Shown here piece after piece: positions 11,401-21,052 of a stretch of 64,000 bases of DNA; the stretch's first letter is position 1; each line of letters starts with the position of its first letter. This DNA is from a virus. Position numbers and translations under genes: made by a program. The DNA lies in IMG/VR virus record IMGVR_UViG_3300023179_000016, positions 1-64,000 of that record; one strand, written 5' to 3'. The notes beneath the pieces are model-generated. The model did no database searches, was not told the origin of the DNA, and saw nothing but the letters and a program-made list of their open reading frames with translations.

Positions 11401-11727
11401 ATGACTATTAGAGAAATATCATACATCTGGAAAAATTTTACATCTAATTTAAATAGACATGGATTACCGCTACCGACTATTAGAGATCCTAAGACGGGTA
11501 AGGGAAGTATTTCTCTAACACTGGTATTTGTTAGCTTTAATACAGTTCTTGTGGGACTTGTTGGCAAATGGTCTGGTGCTTTAGGTGGAATTGATATTGC
11601 TCAAGCATTAAATTTATTTTATGCTTGTGCGGCTCTTTATTGGGGCAGAAAGTTTCAAGGTAAAGATGCTAATTTTGGTGACTCTGAGGGCGTTAAGCAA
11701 GACGGCGACACGTACACTAAAAACTAG
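11401..11727 (+). CDS. Small membrane protein, holin candidate
   Basis: Two hydrophobic segments and a charged C-terminus at the end of the structural block. Confidence 0.4.
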   Translation: MTIREISYIWKNFTSNLNRHGLPLPTIRDPKTGKGSISLTLVFVSFNTVLVGLVGKWSGALGGIDIAQALNLFYACAALYWGRKFQGKDANFGDSEGVKQDGDTYTKN

Positions 11728-11912
11728 TCTTCCTTTGCCTCATCGTCTTCTTTAGATATCAGAGATTGCAGCTCATATAATGCACCAACTAATTGATGCA
11801 TTCTCACTTCTATTTCTGACAATCTTGATTCTAATGTTTTCTTTTCGTCTTGAAGATCGTATATCTTTTGCGATATAAGGTTTATTCGTTCTTTTATCTT
11901 ATCATTTAGCAT
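11724..11912 (-). CDS. Hypothetical coiled-coil protein
   Basis: Heptad pattern; overlaps the upstream gene stop. Confidence 0.6.
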   Translation of the reverse strand: MLNDKIKERINLISQKIYDLQDEKKTLESRLSEIEVRMHQLVGALYELQSLISKEDDEAKED

Positions 11913-12498
11913 TTTTGTCTCTTTTAGACCTAGAAAGTCTAACGCCTGTCCATTTAAACTCGCCTTCCGTAGTGGAGGTAAGTAAGATCATTTCTGAATT
12001 GTACCAATCAGGCTTATTGCTATTGGTCCATATTGGTTCTTTCGCATCGTGCTCCCATTTATATATCATTGTCATTTTATACGCCATCACGGGATCTTCT
12101 ATTTGTTTATAGGGCGTGCAATTTGCAAACGGCGTCAATTCGCCAATGGGTATAAAATTTGCTCCCCTCGTCAAAACGGGGATGTTATACGACATGCAGT
12201 GATCCGTGCCCCTCCTGCCCTTTATCTCGTTTATGAGGGCGATGGTATGATTTAATAGCCATTCATAATTGCTTCTGCTCTCTTTTACCCATAGGCAACT
12301 AGGATGCTTCTGCCACGCTTTTGTCTTAAAAGGGTTGCCGGATATCTTAGATATCGGCAGATCTGCAGTAGATCCGCCATGATGCGCTATGGCATTGGCC
12401 AATAGAGATGCAGACTCTATGATCATCTTATTGACCCTGAGATCATCTAAGTTCTGTGCTGATGTTTTAGGATCAAAATCGGTGGAAAAAATATTCAT
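11902..12498 (-). CDS. Pyrimidine-dimer DNA glycosylase (DenV-like family)
   Basis: MNIF...SAQNLDD.RVNKMIIE..SLL and HPSCLW..ESRSNYEWL motifs; SD GGAGG. Confidence 0.75.
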   Translation of the reverse strand: MNIFSTDFDPKTSAQNLDDLRVNKMIIESASLLANAIAHHGGSTADLPISKISGNPFKTKAWQKHPSCLWVKESRSNYEWLLNHTIALINEIKGRRGTDHCMSYNIPVLTRGANFIPIGELTPFANCTPYKQIEDPVMAYKMTMIYKWEHDAKEPIWTNSNKPDWYNSEMILLTSTTEGEFKWTGVRLSRSKRDKNAK

Positions 12499-12609
12499 AT
12501 TTACCTCCGCAAATCATTATACAAATCAATTGTATATCTATGCCTTTGCCTAATCAGCACTCTATGATATGATAGGTGTATGTAATTTTAATGTTTTGCA
12601 ATTCGTTTT

Positions 12610-13011
12610 ATGGCTAAAGATACAGAAGATAAGCTAAGCTACATACAAGAAAAGATTGACGATGTCGATAGTTGTGTAAAGAACATCGATAAAGAGTTGG
12701 CCCTTCAGAAAGCCGCTTTCGACGATCATTTAAAGCAGGACGAAAGAATGTATGAAGAGTTCAAGCGCATGAACGACATTCTCCAGCAAAACACGGACTC
12801 CTTAAAAGAACACATGCATAGAACCGAATTGCTAGAGTCGCTGGTCCAAAAGATGGACGTTAGACTCAGTCCGTTAGAGATACAGAACATAGAAGCGCAA
12901 GCTATAAAAGCTTATAGAAATAGTGCCATCGTTAAGTTTGCTAAGATTGTTGGTATAGTTGCAGGCTTAGTGGGCGTAATCGCGACTATATGGCCACTAT
13001 TTAAACACTAA
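12610..13011 (+). CDS. Coiled-coil protein with C-terminal TM helix (possible lysis protein)
   Basis: Heptads followed by IVGIVAGLVGVIATIW. Confidence 0.5.
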   Translation: MAKDTEDKLSYIQEKIDDVDSCVKNIDKELALQKAAFDDHLKQDERMYEEFKRMNDILQQNTDSLKEHMHRTELLESLVQKMDVRLSPLEIQNIEAQAIKAYRNSAIVKFAKIVGIVAGLVGVIATIWPLFKH

Positions 13012-13048
13012 ATAAATTCATGATATAATCTATACTGTAGGAGTATAT

Positions 13049-13336
13049 ATGTTAACTGCAAAGACCAAAAAACGCCTCATCAACGCTCTAACTAGAAAGA
13101 GCCTGGCTGATGAATTAGAAGCCGCACTTGCTGCAAGCGCGCCATTGAGTGCTAAACTTAAGCGGGCAATTGAAGTTGCACTTGCTAGTAAAAAGGCTGC
13201 ATTAGATTTAATAGCAGCTGTTCAAACCGCTGGAGCTCAATCTCTTAAATTAGATACCAAAAGACGCATAATTCAAGAGATGGCAAGCAAGACTGCGGGT
13301 AACGAAGTTATATCTCAGGCACAATCTGCCAACTAA
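13049..13336 (+). CDS. Basic Ala-rich hypothetical protein with internal triplication
   Basis: TKKRL/LKRAI/TKRRI repeats; TGATATAAT at 13021 and SD AGGAG. Confidence 0.6.
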   Translation: MLTAKTKKRLINALTRKSLADELEAALAASAPLSAKLKRAIEVALASKKAALDLIAAVQTAGAQSLKLDTKRRIIQEMASKTAGNEVISQAQSAN

Positions 13337-13346
13337 TTAAATTAGT

Positions 13347-13763
13347 TTAGAGATGGGATGGGGACTCAAGAAATTTCTTGAGTCCCTTTATTTTTTCTTC
13401 TACAAAATATTTGTCGTTGAGCTTCCTGTTTCTTCCTGATGGGTGCGGCATATGATAAAAGCTCAACTGTAGCAGTGTCAATGCCCTTGCAGCGCTATTG
13501 CCCAACGCTATTAATTTATAGTTGTTGCGCTCATCTAATGATTTTTTAAGTCTAATCGCAGACTCCCTTATGTCTTTTGCCGACAGAGGCTTATTATCTT
13601 TAGTTTTAAGATCGCTTAGATTAAGATACTCTATAGATAGTTCTACATCTAATCTTTTTATCCATGAATCTAATACCCTCCTAGATAGAGTATCGTTATC
13701 AAAAGGTCTATTAGTAGAGGAAGAATTGCTGGGATTTGAACCGATAAAGATTATTCTTGTCAT
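13347..13763 (-). CDS. Uracil-DNA glycosylase-like superfamily protein
   Basis: FIGSNPS, IALG and HPSGRN motifs. Confidence 0.7.
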   Translation of the reverse strand: MTRIIFIGSNPSNSSSTNRPFDNDTLSRRVLDSWIKRLDVELSIEYLNLSDLKTKDNKPLSAKDIRESAIRLKKSLDERNNYKLIALGNSAARALTLLQLSFYHMPHPSGRNRKLNDKYFVEEKIKGLKKFLESPSHL

Positions 13764-14266
13764 CTTTTTTTATGCTTGTTGGCTATTTTACGTTTAGTTT
13801 TTGGCTTGTTCAATAGGTAGGTCAAATAATAATAGCCTGTGTCTTTACAGAACATGTAATCCACAGCCAGATCGTCCATATGAAGTATATCTTGCCAATC
13901 TCTATATAGAGACTTGGCGATAACCTGCGTAATGCCGCAGCTAAACAACATACGCATGCACAGTCGACATGGCGTGTGAGTACATATAAGCGTAGTATTT
14001 TGCGTACCTATTCCATGCTTCGCGCAATTAAATATCAAGTTCTGTTCTGCGTGTAGTATGTATTCATACTTATCTGGTCTCTTTGACGGCAGTTCGTCAT
14101 CTTGAGCTCCGCGTATAAAACCGTTGTATCCGGTTGCAACTATAGCGCTGGAATCATTCTTTATTAGAATTGCACCGACCTGCGTCTCTTCATCATGAGA
14201 TCTTTGAGAGACTATGTCGGCCATGTTCATGAAATTCTCTATCTTAGAGATTCTTTTTCTAGACAT
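13760..14266 (-). CDS. dCMP deaminase
   Basis: TGYNG, HAEQN and TPCRLC zinc motifs. Confidence 0.85.
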   Translation of the reverse strand: MSRKRISKIENFMNMADIVSQRSHDEETQVGAILIKNDSSAIVATGYNGFIRGAQDDELPSKRPDKYEYILHAEQNLIFNCAKHGIGTQNTTLICTHTPCRLCMRMLFSCGITQVIAKSLYRDWQDILHMDDLAVDYMFCKDTGYYYLTYLLNKPKTKRKIANKHKKR

Positions 14267-14555
14267 CGTCTTCTGTCTCCGTGGTTCCGTATATCGGAGA
14301 ATTTTCTTCATCGATCTTGTCTAGATAGTCGCTAGACTCTACAAAACTTTTTTGATCGACTTTGACCGGCTTTAACACTTTCACTTTAAACATCTTCTTA
14401 ATCTTGCCTCTTACCGGACAAATTATTTCTATCTCCTTCTCTACTATCTCTAGTATATTGGGATCTGCGGTTTTAGTTTTCTTTTGTTTAGTGCTTTTTT
14501 TCATTTTCTTTTTCTTCTTGGGTTTTTTCTTCTTGGTTTTTTTTACGGTTTCCAT
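14259..14555 (-). CDS. Lys-rich hypothetical protein
   Basis: Coupled ORF in the operon. Confidence 0.55.
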   Translation of the reverse strand: METVKKTKKKKPKKKKKMKKSTKQKKTKTADPNILEIVEKEIEIICPVRGKIKKMFKVKVLKPVKVDQKSFVESSDYLDKIDEENSPIYGTTETEDDV

Positions 14556-15076
14556 TCTGCCTCTATTATCTGTTGTATGGCTCTTGAATATGATTCTATT
14601 AATTTAGAGCTATTTTTGTATGCGAATTTGCACCATTCATTATACGAACCATGAACAATGAGTGTAGTGTATATATTTATGGGTGTCAATATTTGACTTA
14701 TGTCGCTGTCTGCGCCGTCGGCTCTATAAGCCTTGGGATTTATCATTAAAGCCTGCGTAGTCCTATCTATATCGTCAGATATTAGATCGTTCAACTGACG
14801 ATCTTTAGTACCTATCTCATGAGATTTAGGTATGAACGCCTCCAACTCCGGGGATGGTTTAGTGCCTATTATCTTAAAGTTGTATTTTGATAGAGTTAAT
14901 TGAATAAAAATTGGGCACTTCAACACGAGTGTCAAAGTGCCCAATTCTTCTATGGAAGAGGGATAATCGCCGCCAAAAAATTCTTGGCCGATATCGCGTA
15001 ATTTTTTAGTAGTATTACTGCTATCTATTAGACCTACATAGCCCTTATCAAGGACTGGTATCTTGCTTATCAGCAT
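14543..15076 (-). CDS. Degenerate ThyX-fold protein lacking the catalytic motif
   Basis: IPVLDKGYVGLID start, CPIFI and LTP...YT segments match ThyX, but RHR/SxRY are absent. Confidence 0.5.
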   Translation of the reverse strand: MLISKIPVLDKGYVGLIDSSNTTKKLRDIGQEFFGGDYPSSIEELGTLTLVLKCPIFIQLTLSKYNFKIIGTKPSPELEAFIPKSHEIGTKDRQLNDLISDDIDRTTQALMINPKAYRADGADSDISQILTPINIYTTLIVHGSYNEWCKFAYKNSSKLIESYSRAIQQIIEAEWKP

Positions 15077-15500
15077 CTGTGTTTTCTATCTTTTTGGGCA
15101 AATTTTCTTGAGAAGAATCAATTATGTTTGCCTTGCATGTATAGGTTTTAACTTCGTCAAATACACCACCTAACATAGATTCAGTCACGATATCTTCATA
15201 GTGCGCTTCTATGTAATCGACTGTGTTCTCGTCCAAGATTTTAGCTGGCTTGTCCTGCTCTCTTTCCAAGATTACGACTTTAGCATGATGTTGGTGATTT
15301 CTCCACATCAAGCCAACGTTCTCGCACATCTCCTCAAACGAGAATGGGCCCTTGATAGTGGAACAGACAAATTTAGGTCCACTTCTATCACCCTGATTTA
15401 CCGCAACCACATATTGTTTATTCTTGAGATCGCTAAGATCCATCGTCTCAAGTTCTGCGATAAAATCTTCACCTGTCTTGACCGGCAATGTATTTTCCAT
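15048..15500 (-). CDS. Hypothetical protein
   Basis: CCGA-TATA promoter motif and SD GGAG upstream. Confidence 0.65.
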   Translation of the reverse strand: MENTLPVKTGEDFIAELETMDLSDLKNKQYVVAVNQGDRSGPKFVCSTIKGPFSFEEMCENVGLMWRNHQHHAKVVILEREQDKPAKILDENTVDYIEAHYEDIVTESMLGGVFDEVKTYTCKANIIDSSQENLPKKIENTDADKQDTSP

Positions 15501-15516
15501 AGATATCTCCGATATA

Positions 15517-16290
15517 TTATATATTCGGATCTTTGAGTTCTTTATATGAGCGGGGTCTAGCCGTATAGAACACTTTATTACATAAGTCTTTTCTAGAAAT
15601 AAGAACTTCTTTGTTTAGGGAATTTATGGCCCGCGCCACATATTTACCCTTGATACTATTGGAAGAATACTTGGGATAAACTTCCAATATTGTCAGGCAG
15701 TTGTTTACAGATCGCCATATTGAGGCACCAACTTTTATGTGATTACTGATAAATTTATTTAATTTAACAGGGTTATCTATCCTAATAGATATAGACTTAT
15801 TGTGCTTGGCTATCTCTCTATGTAGCTTAGATTTTGATTTAAGTACGGCGCATGGGTCATAGTTTTCTATGTCTCCCATTATTATAGCATCTGCGTAGTC
15901 GGGATCAATCATGTAAGTTAACGTAGAGCCTCGCGATGAATTGTTGCTTGGCACGACACTAATTAAATTAGTGGTGTCTGAATAATCTAGTTGGCTAAAA
16001 TCTAACATACTGTATAAAAAACCCGTAGGTCTTCCATTTTTAGAGAGTCTCTTGATATAAGGAAAACCTAATTTATCGATATATAGGACTCTATATTTTA
16101 TGACCGAACCGTATGCGTCTCTGACGTAATCTTTATTGTCTGTTCTTGCCACTAGATAATCACCCAGATTAAACTGGGCGACATGATCCAGCGCATTGAC
16201 GATTCTTTCTGTGATTAAAGCGCAGTCCTTGACATCTAAAAAATCGTCTGCCGAAGGTGGTTCTCCGTTTATACCCTTTAACTCATGCAT
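15517..16290 (-). CDS. Hypothetical protein
   Basis: 257-aa ORF coupled to the thymidylate-synthase-fold gene. Confidence 0.65.
   Translation of the reverse strand: MHELKGINGEPPSADDFLDVKDCALITERIVNALDHVAQFNLGDYLVARTDNKDYVRDAYGSVIKYRVLYIDKLGFPYIKRLSKNGRPTGFLYSMLDFSQLDYSDTTNLISVVPSNNSSRGSTLTYMIDPDYADAIIMGDIENYDPCAVLKSKSKLHREIAKHNKSISIRIDNPVKLNKFISNHIKVGASIWRSVNNCLTILEVYPKYSSNSIKGKYVARAINSLNKEVLISRKDLCNKVFYTARPRSYKELKDPNI
15518..15529 (-). promoter_or_regulatory. Example of the recurring CCGA-N-TATA promoter-like motif (about 20 copies in the window)
   Basis: TCCGAATATATA just upstream of SD and ATG; also near 19440, 28434, 44184, 46161, 48359, 50875, 51310, 55626, 57752, 58370, 58546, 61438, 61941, 62581, 62990, 63671. 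Confidence 0.7.
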
Positions 16291-17080
16291 AATTTTTACC
16301 TAACATCTTAAGAACAGTCTGCGTATCTTTTTCATATATATGAATAGAATGGACTGTGTGCGTATATGTACCCATTTTTAAAGTAGGATATGCGTCTCTT
16401 AGATCTTCTACCATCTTGGGAATTAGACTGCAAAACCAAGGTAGATCATACACTAGACCTTTTACAAGATCATTACTTCGCATTACGATAGATAAGTTTA
16501 ATCTATCTTCTCTTATCAAGAATAATCCGTGCATGGTGCATGTCTGATCTTTATTTCCGAACCACTGGTGGTCCGGAAGAGAAAATCTAAGTATCGCCTG
16601 TCGAGTATCCTTATCTCTCTTAAGAGACTCTATGCACCACTCCCATGGAGTTCTTCTTATGGGCTTGGTAATATACAGTGCGCCTTCTTTGGAAGTAGAT
16701 TTTATTATCTCTTGCGGCACCTGTTCAAAATCAGATCCATGAGACTTATTTGCCCATATAAGGTGACCATACGCAGAATTAATAGTGCCGTCGGGGTTTG
16801 CAAGAGACAGCCAAAACTTACTGGCCTTGCCAAAATCTTCCGCTAGATTACTGCAGCTCTCATATAGTTCATTTTCTTTTATAGAGTAATTCTCTATAAC
16901 TTGATTTCTGGAGCTGTCTAAGGTCTTGAGAGGCAAACTATCCGGGCACAGCACTTTAAAAGTATAATCTAATTTCTCTCTTATAGGTTGCCCTCTGGGA
17001 GAAGACTTGATGTCAAAATTAAAATACACGTCCTCTAGGGTGCCGAGATATGCTTGACTAGGCGTCTCATATGATTTCAT
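16283..17080 (-). CDS. Thymidylate-synthase-fold enzyme, likely dCMP hydroxymethylase/methylase
   Basis: DKDTRQA, catalytic Cys in KDQTCT, MRSNDLVKGLVYD (Asp at the ThyA Asn177 position), SIHIYE. Confidence 0.75.
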   Translation of the reverse strand: MKSYETPSQAYLGTLEDVYFNFDIKSSPRGQPIREKLDYTFKVLCPDSLPLKTLDSSRNQVIENYSIKENELYESCSNLAEDFGKASKFWLSLANPDGTINSAYGHLIWANKSHGSDFEQVPQEIIKSTSKEGALYITKPIRRTPWEWCIESLKRDKDTRQAILRFSLPDHQWFGNKDQTCTMHGLFLIREDRLNLSIVMRSNDLVKGLVYDLPWFCSLIPKMVEDLRDAYPTLKMGTYTHTVHSIHIYEKDTQTVLKMLGKNYA

Positions 17081-17282
17081 CTATTTCGTCCCACATGTCG
17101 TAATGTTCTTTTTTAACAACTATTTCGTCTATGTCGTGACGAAATTTATACTGTCTATTCCAGTACCATACGACTAACTTTATCGATGTCGGCGAATCTT
17201 CGAGAACTTTCGTGACATCGATATCTATATCTATAGAGTTTTTATGTCTATATCTTTTAGGCGCCTTGAATTCTGTTATCAT
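17067..17282 (-). CDS. Hypothetical protein
   Basis: Coupled ORF. Confidence 0.55.
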   Translation of the reverse strand: MITEFKAPKRYRHKNSIDIDIDVTKVLEDSPTSIKLVVWYWNRQYKFRHDIDEIVVKKEHYDMWDEIDEII

Positions 17283-17283
17283 A

Positions 17284-17826
17284 TTAGTAAGGTAGACCTA
17301 TCTTAAGCAACAAAAAATCTTTGCCGTTGTTTGGTTCTTTTATTCCAGCATTTGATATGTGCTTGTAACATAGACTTATATTCGTACCGTTATTAGAATC
17401 TTTTATACCAATGCATACATCGTGAAAGAATTGAAAGTTAGACCCTAAATTATTGTCAGTTCTCCCTATCAGGCCGATACCATTAGCCAATGAGGCAATT
17501 AATATGTCGTTTGTTATTGTTGTTCCGAGCTGGATAGAGCCGTATGGATTATAGCCGATAGCATCCTTGTTTGGAAACATCCACATGCCAGTCTCCATCG
17601 ACCAATCGATGGTATTAAATGGTCTTATGTCTAGAATCTTATCTTTGTAGCCCAAAGATATTATCCTAGTGCTGGATGTGTTTCTAAGATCCATTCCGTT
17701 CTTTATGAACGTCTCGGATGCTTCAGACGTAGGAACTATCGATAGGATTGCGGTGATAGCTGCGACGATGAATATTAGTCGCCACTCTCTATTTCCCACA
17801 TGGTCTCTTCCAAGTTTGAGTGCCAT
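17284..17826 (-). CDS. pagL: Lipid A 3-O-deacylase (PagL / acyloxyacyl hydrolase) family outer-membrane protein
   Basis: Signal-like N-terminus, LGSNFQF, YKHISNAGIKEPNNG catalytic His-x-Ser motif, aromatic C-terminal residue. Confidence 0.75.
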   Translation of the reverse strand: MALKLGRDHVGNREWRLIFIVAAITAILSIVPTSEASETFIKNGMDLRNTSSTRIISLGYKDKILDIRPFNTIDWSMETGMWMFPNKDAIGYNPYGSIQLGTTITNDILIASLANGIGLIGRTDNNLGSNFQFFHDVCIGIKDSNNGTNISLCYKHISNAGIKEPNNGKDFLLLKIGLPY

Positions 17827-18161
17827 ACGCCGTATCCATACCTCTTCTTAGTTAGACGTTTCATCAACTGACCTATCCTGTTGAATAGATGCTGATATAC
17901 GAACGTAGATTCTTTGACAGATTTACCTTCTTTTGTCCTATAGTCTGGATTATAGTTGTAAAGCGCTACGCAGACTTCTGTTCTCAGATGCTGCCTGATG
18001 TCATTTACGCACATGCCGGTGTTGCCGAGTGCCACTTCACCCTTATTCTTGATAGTAGAAGCTTCATTCCAATTCTTTACTACGTAATCTCTTATGTATT
18101 TCTCTACCATCGGTTCGTACTTCAATATATCGTCGTTATTTAATTTACGATCGCGCTTCAT
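17775..18161 (-). CDS. Sigma-70 region-2-like protein (no region 4)
   Basis: YEPMVEKYIR...DIRQ...VALYNYNPD...STFVYQHLFNRI resembles regions 2.1-2.4. Confidence 0.55.
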   Translation of the reverse strand: MKRDRKLNNDDILKYEPMVEKYIRDYVVKNWNEASTIKNKGEVALGNTGMCVNDIRQHLRTEVCVALYNYNPDYRTKEGKSVKESTFVYQHLFNRIGQLMKRLTKKRYGYGVWHSNLEETMWEIESGD

Positions 18162-18669
18162 GTTTTTCCTTCATAGCCTCTAGCAGAGCAAATATATTTG
18201 GGGTATGTTGTTTCTTATCTTCTAAGATTTTAAAAGAGTTAGGATCTACCAAAGGCTCCATGTATGTGTATATCAGTAACATGCCGTCCAATACTTCGTC
18301 TGAACAATTGTATTTTACATTGTAGACCCATTTATATAGTTTAGTCATCTTGGGATTTTTACATGGCATGTTAGACTCGATAAAGGCCACCATGTTTGTT
18401 ATTACCGTGGTGATAACTTGACTCGTTATGGTATCCGGATACACGTCATATTTTTTACTTCTCATGTTAAAAGTTTCGCTGTAGCACTCAGCCACAAGTT
18501 TAGCTAATGGCTCGCTCATGTCCATTTGAGCCTTATATTTGAAATTTTCATCTTTTTCCACGCGAATACTGTAACCCTCGATAGGATCGGGAATAGATAC
18601 CTTGAATATCGGGGTAGAGGGTGTAATACTCTCTATGTATTTCATTATGCGTTTCTTGGCCGAACTCAC
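18145..18669 (-). CDS. Hypothetical protein
   Basis: Coupled ORF with SD GGAGG. Confidence 0.65.
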   Translation of the reverse strand: MSSAKKRIMKYIESITPSTPIFKVSIPDPIEGYSIRVEKDENFKYKAQMDMSEPLAKLVAECYSETFNMRSKKYDVYPDTITSQVITTVITNMVAFIESNMPCKNPKMTKLYKWVYNVKYNCSDEVLDGMLLIYTYMEPLVDPNSFKILEDKKQHTPNIFALLEAMKEKHEARS

Positions 18670-19412
18670 GATACTTCCTCCATGGAGTAGATAGGATTTC
18701 CTTTGTGGGTCATAACTTTAAGTCTGCAGAAATTAGATAGAGCAGAAAGATCGCCTTTTGTTATATAAAGCGCGATCCAATGACCCATCTTGTCCGCTAG
18801 GTCCGTGTCCTTAATGCTCCACTCGTTATTTTTAAAGATTTCGCGGAGTCTGTTTATCAGAACGTGTCTTTTTTTCTTGATAGATTTCTGCTTTATTCCA
18901 TTTTCGCATTTGCCTAGCAGTTCCATTATCTCGTTTACTCTGTTGCCACAAGATGGATGAAAGTAAACGGAATATATCTCGCCGAGACCCTCTTGACCTA
19001 AGATTTTACTGAGAACTTTTTCTTCTACTGTAGAACCGGTCTTAATAAGTTTAATTTGACCGCCGGAAATTACACCATTGACATGATCAATGATCGGTGA
19101 ACCTTCCAGTTCAAATTTGAAACTATCTAAAAGAATAGATTTATTAGAGTAACCCATACTCTTCATCTTGAGCATGGCACTCTCTTCTATTGGATTCTGA
19201 GGTTTATAGGTATTGCTCACATGCCTTAATACGCCATTCGCGTCTATATTAAGACTCCATGAGTCTCCAACTATATTTAGATAGGTGGGATAATCGACCA
19301 CTATACAATCTGGTAACACGGCCAGGACTTCATTTATTGAGGACTCCATAGGCTCTGTGGCCGCGGATATCCAGTCTAAATTTTCAAACTTTTTATCTAC
19401 AAAAACGCTCAT
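18666..19412 (-). CDS. Hypothetical protein
   Basis: Promoter motif at 19428-19440 and SD GAGG. Confidence 0.65.
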   Translation of the reverse strand: MSVFVDKKFENLDWISAATEPMESSINEVLAVLPDCIVVDYPTYLNIVGDSWSLNIDANGVLRHVSNTYKPQNPIEESAMLKMKSMGYSNKSILLDSFKFELEGSPIIDHVNGVISGGQIKLIKTGSTVEEKVLSKILGQEGLGEIYSVYFHPSCGNRVNEIMELLGKCENGIKQKSIKKKRHVLINRLREIFKNNEWSIKDTDLADKMGHWIALYITKGDLSALSNFCRLKVMTHKGNPIYSMEEVS

Positions 19413-19446
19413 ATTTTACCTCGAATAGATATACGTTCGGTAAAAA

Positions 19447-19734
19447 TTACTTGCGGGTAATGGAGAATCCCGCTTCTTCGGCCTCTTTAAGAGATAGGTC
19501 TCCGCGTTTTTCGTGCTCTCTTCTAGTTCTAAGATAAGAGAATTGTTCAAATTGAACCCATTTACCTTCGGGCGTCACCGTCTTATACACAACACCCTGC
19601 TCATCTTGAAAATAAGAATTAACGCCTATTTCTTTTACCACGTCTTCCAGGGCGGACTTTAGTTCTTCGTAATAGCGTTTTACTTCTTCTTTCTTCTTTT
19701 CCAGATTCACAAATTTCTGTTGTGCTGGGGTCAT
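19447..19734 (-). CDS. Hypothetical protein
   Basis: SD GAGG; coiled-coil N-terminus. Confidence 0.6.
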   Translation of the reverse strand: MTPAQQKFVNLEKKKEEVKRYYEELKSALEDVVKEIGVNSYFQDEQGVVYKTVTPEGKWVQFEQFSYLRTRREHEKRGDLSLKEAEEAGFSITRK

Positions 19735-20071
19735 CCTCTTCTCTCCTCGTTAAAAAGCTTTCAGCTATCTTATCCAAATAAACTTGATCTGGGCACTGCT
19801 CGCGTATCTGATTCACTATGTCTTTGTAAACATTTATCGCTCTGCTATGACCATGAACTTTAAATTCTACTGTCATAATATCATTGGATCGGGATGGAGT
19901 TATAGTGGTCTGGTTGCCTGCGTCGTCTGGTTCAAAAGTGATTTTTATGTTGTAGCAGAAAAAAGTTAATCTGCTCCTGCCGTAATAACGCAGATCAATA
20001 TCTTCATCTAAATAGATAGAATAGATCTTTTTTGCTACCACATACATCTTGTCGGTGGCTATCACTATCAT
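19619..20071 (-). CDS. Hypothetical protein
   Basis: ATGA-coupled ORF. Confidence 0.55.
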   Translation of the reverse strand: MIVIATDKMYVVAKKIYSIYLDEDIDLRYYGRSRLTFFCYNIKITFEPDDAGNQTTITPSRSNDIMTVEFKVHGHSRAINVYKDIVNQIREQCPDQVYLDKIAESFLTRREEDDPSTTEICESGKEERRSKTLLRRTKVRPGRRGKRNRR

Positions 20072-20646
20072 TGTGGAGTCTCGTTATGTTCTTCTTTAGG
20101 TTCTTCTTTAGATTCTTCTTTGGGTTCTTCTTTTAATGGCTCTATTAATTTAAGCTTAGCTTTAGATTTAGATTTAGTTTTTATAGTTGGTTCGGCAGAC
20201 ATGTTATTTCTAGTCATGAACTCAGATAATTTCATTGTTTCTAACTTTGATTCTGAGTTCATTATCGTGATTTCTGGGTCAAAACCATCATTCAGTATCG
20301 ATTGCAAAATGCCCTTTTTCTCTTCTTCCATCGAGGTTATCTTTCTCGATAGACTATTTTTATACTGGCCGTCTAGTGCATTTTTTTGAGGCAGTTCAAC
20401 CTGCATCTGCAGATCTAACTGTTCTTTGGTTATCTGCTTGACCTTGTTCATTCTTTCTTGAACATCTGTAGCCTTCTTTAGGGTATCTTTGACTTTATCT
20501 AATTCTTTGTAGAAATCCATAACTCTGGATTTTTTCTTCTTCATCTCTTTTCCAGCATAATAGAAAGCCATCGACATCACAGTCGCAACACCAAATACAA
20601 AACCAACAATTCCGCCAACCAACAAACCTATAGCTCTATCGGACAT
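20068..20646 (-). CDS. Membrane-anchored coiled-coil protein
   Basis: N-terminal TM helix; C-terminal KEEP repeats. Confidence 0.6.
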   Translation of the reverse strand: MSDRAIGLLVGGIVGFVFGVATVMSMAFYYAGKEMKKKKSRVMDFYKELDKVKDTLKKATDVQERMNKVKQITKEQLDLQMQVELPQKNALDGQYKNSLSRKITSMEEEKKGILQSILNDGFDPEITIMNSESKLETMKLSEFMTRNNMSAEPTIKTKSKSKAKLKLIEPLKEEPKEESKEEPKEEHNETPQ

Positions 20647-20653
20647 TTAAACC

Positions 20654-21052
20654 TCACAGAAAGTTTTTTTCAAACTCTTTATTCAAGATACAGTTTTCTA
20701 TTTTTTTAGCAATGAGGCCGCTATAGTCTTCTATAACTCTTATATTGCACGCGTGCCTCATCATCTTAAGATCTTTTATACTAAGTGTGTCTAGATACGA
20801 TGGATCTAAGTGATAGCACCATATGTGGTTCTCTATCTTTTTTCTTACGAATTCTTTATATTTATCTTCTATCTTAAAGTATATTATGCATAAAAAACTT
20901 ATTGGCCAAAGTATGGCCAACATGATTACATTAGCGTCCATTATGGGTTGATAGGTGTAATGTCTAAAGTCGGCATTCAATACAACATTTATTATAGCAG
21001 TAACTAATATTATTAGTGTCACTATACAAGTATATGCCAATAAATACAGCAT
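20654..21052 (-). CDS. Membrane protein (2 TM)
   Basis: Two hydrophobic segments. Confidence 0.55.
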   Translation of the reverse strand: MLYLLAYTCIVTLIILVTAIINVVLNADFRHYTYQPIMDANVIMLAILWPISFLCIIYFKIEDKYKEFVRKKIENHIWCYHLDPSYLDTLSIKDLKMMRHACNIRVIEDYSGLIAKKIENCILNKEFEKNFL

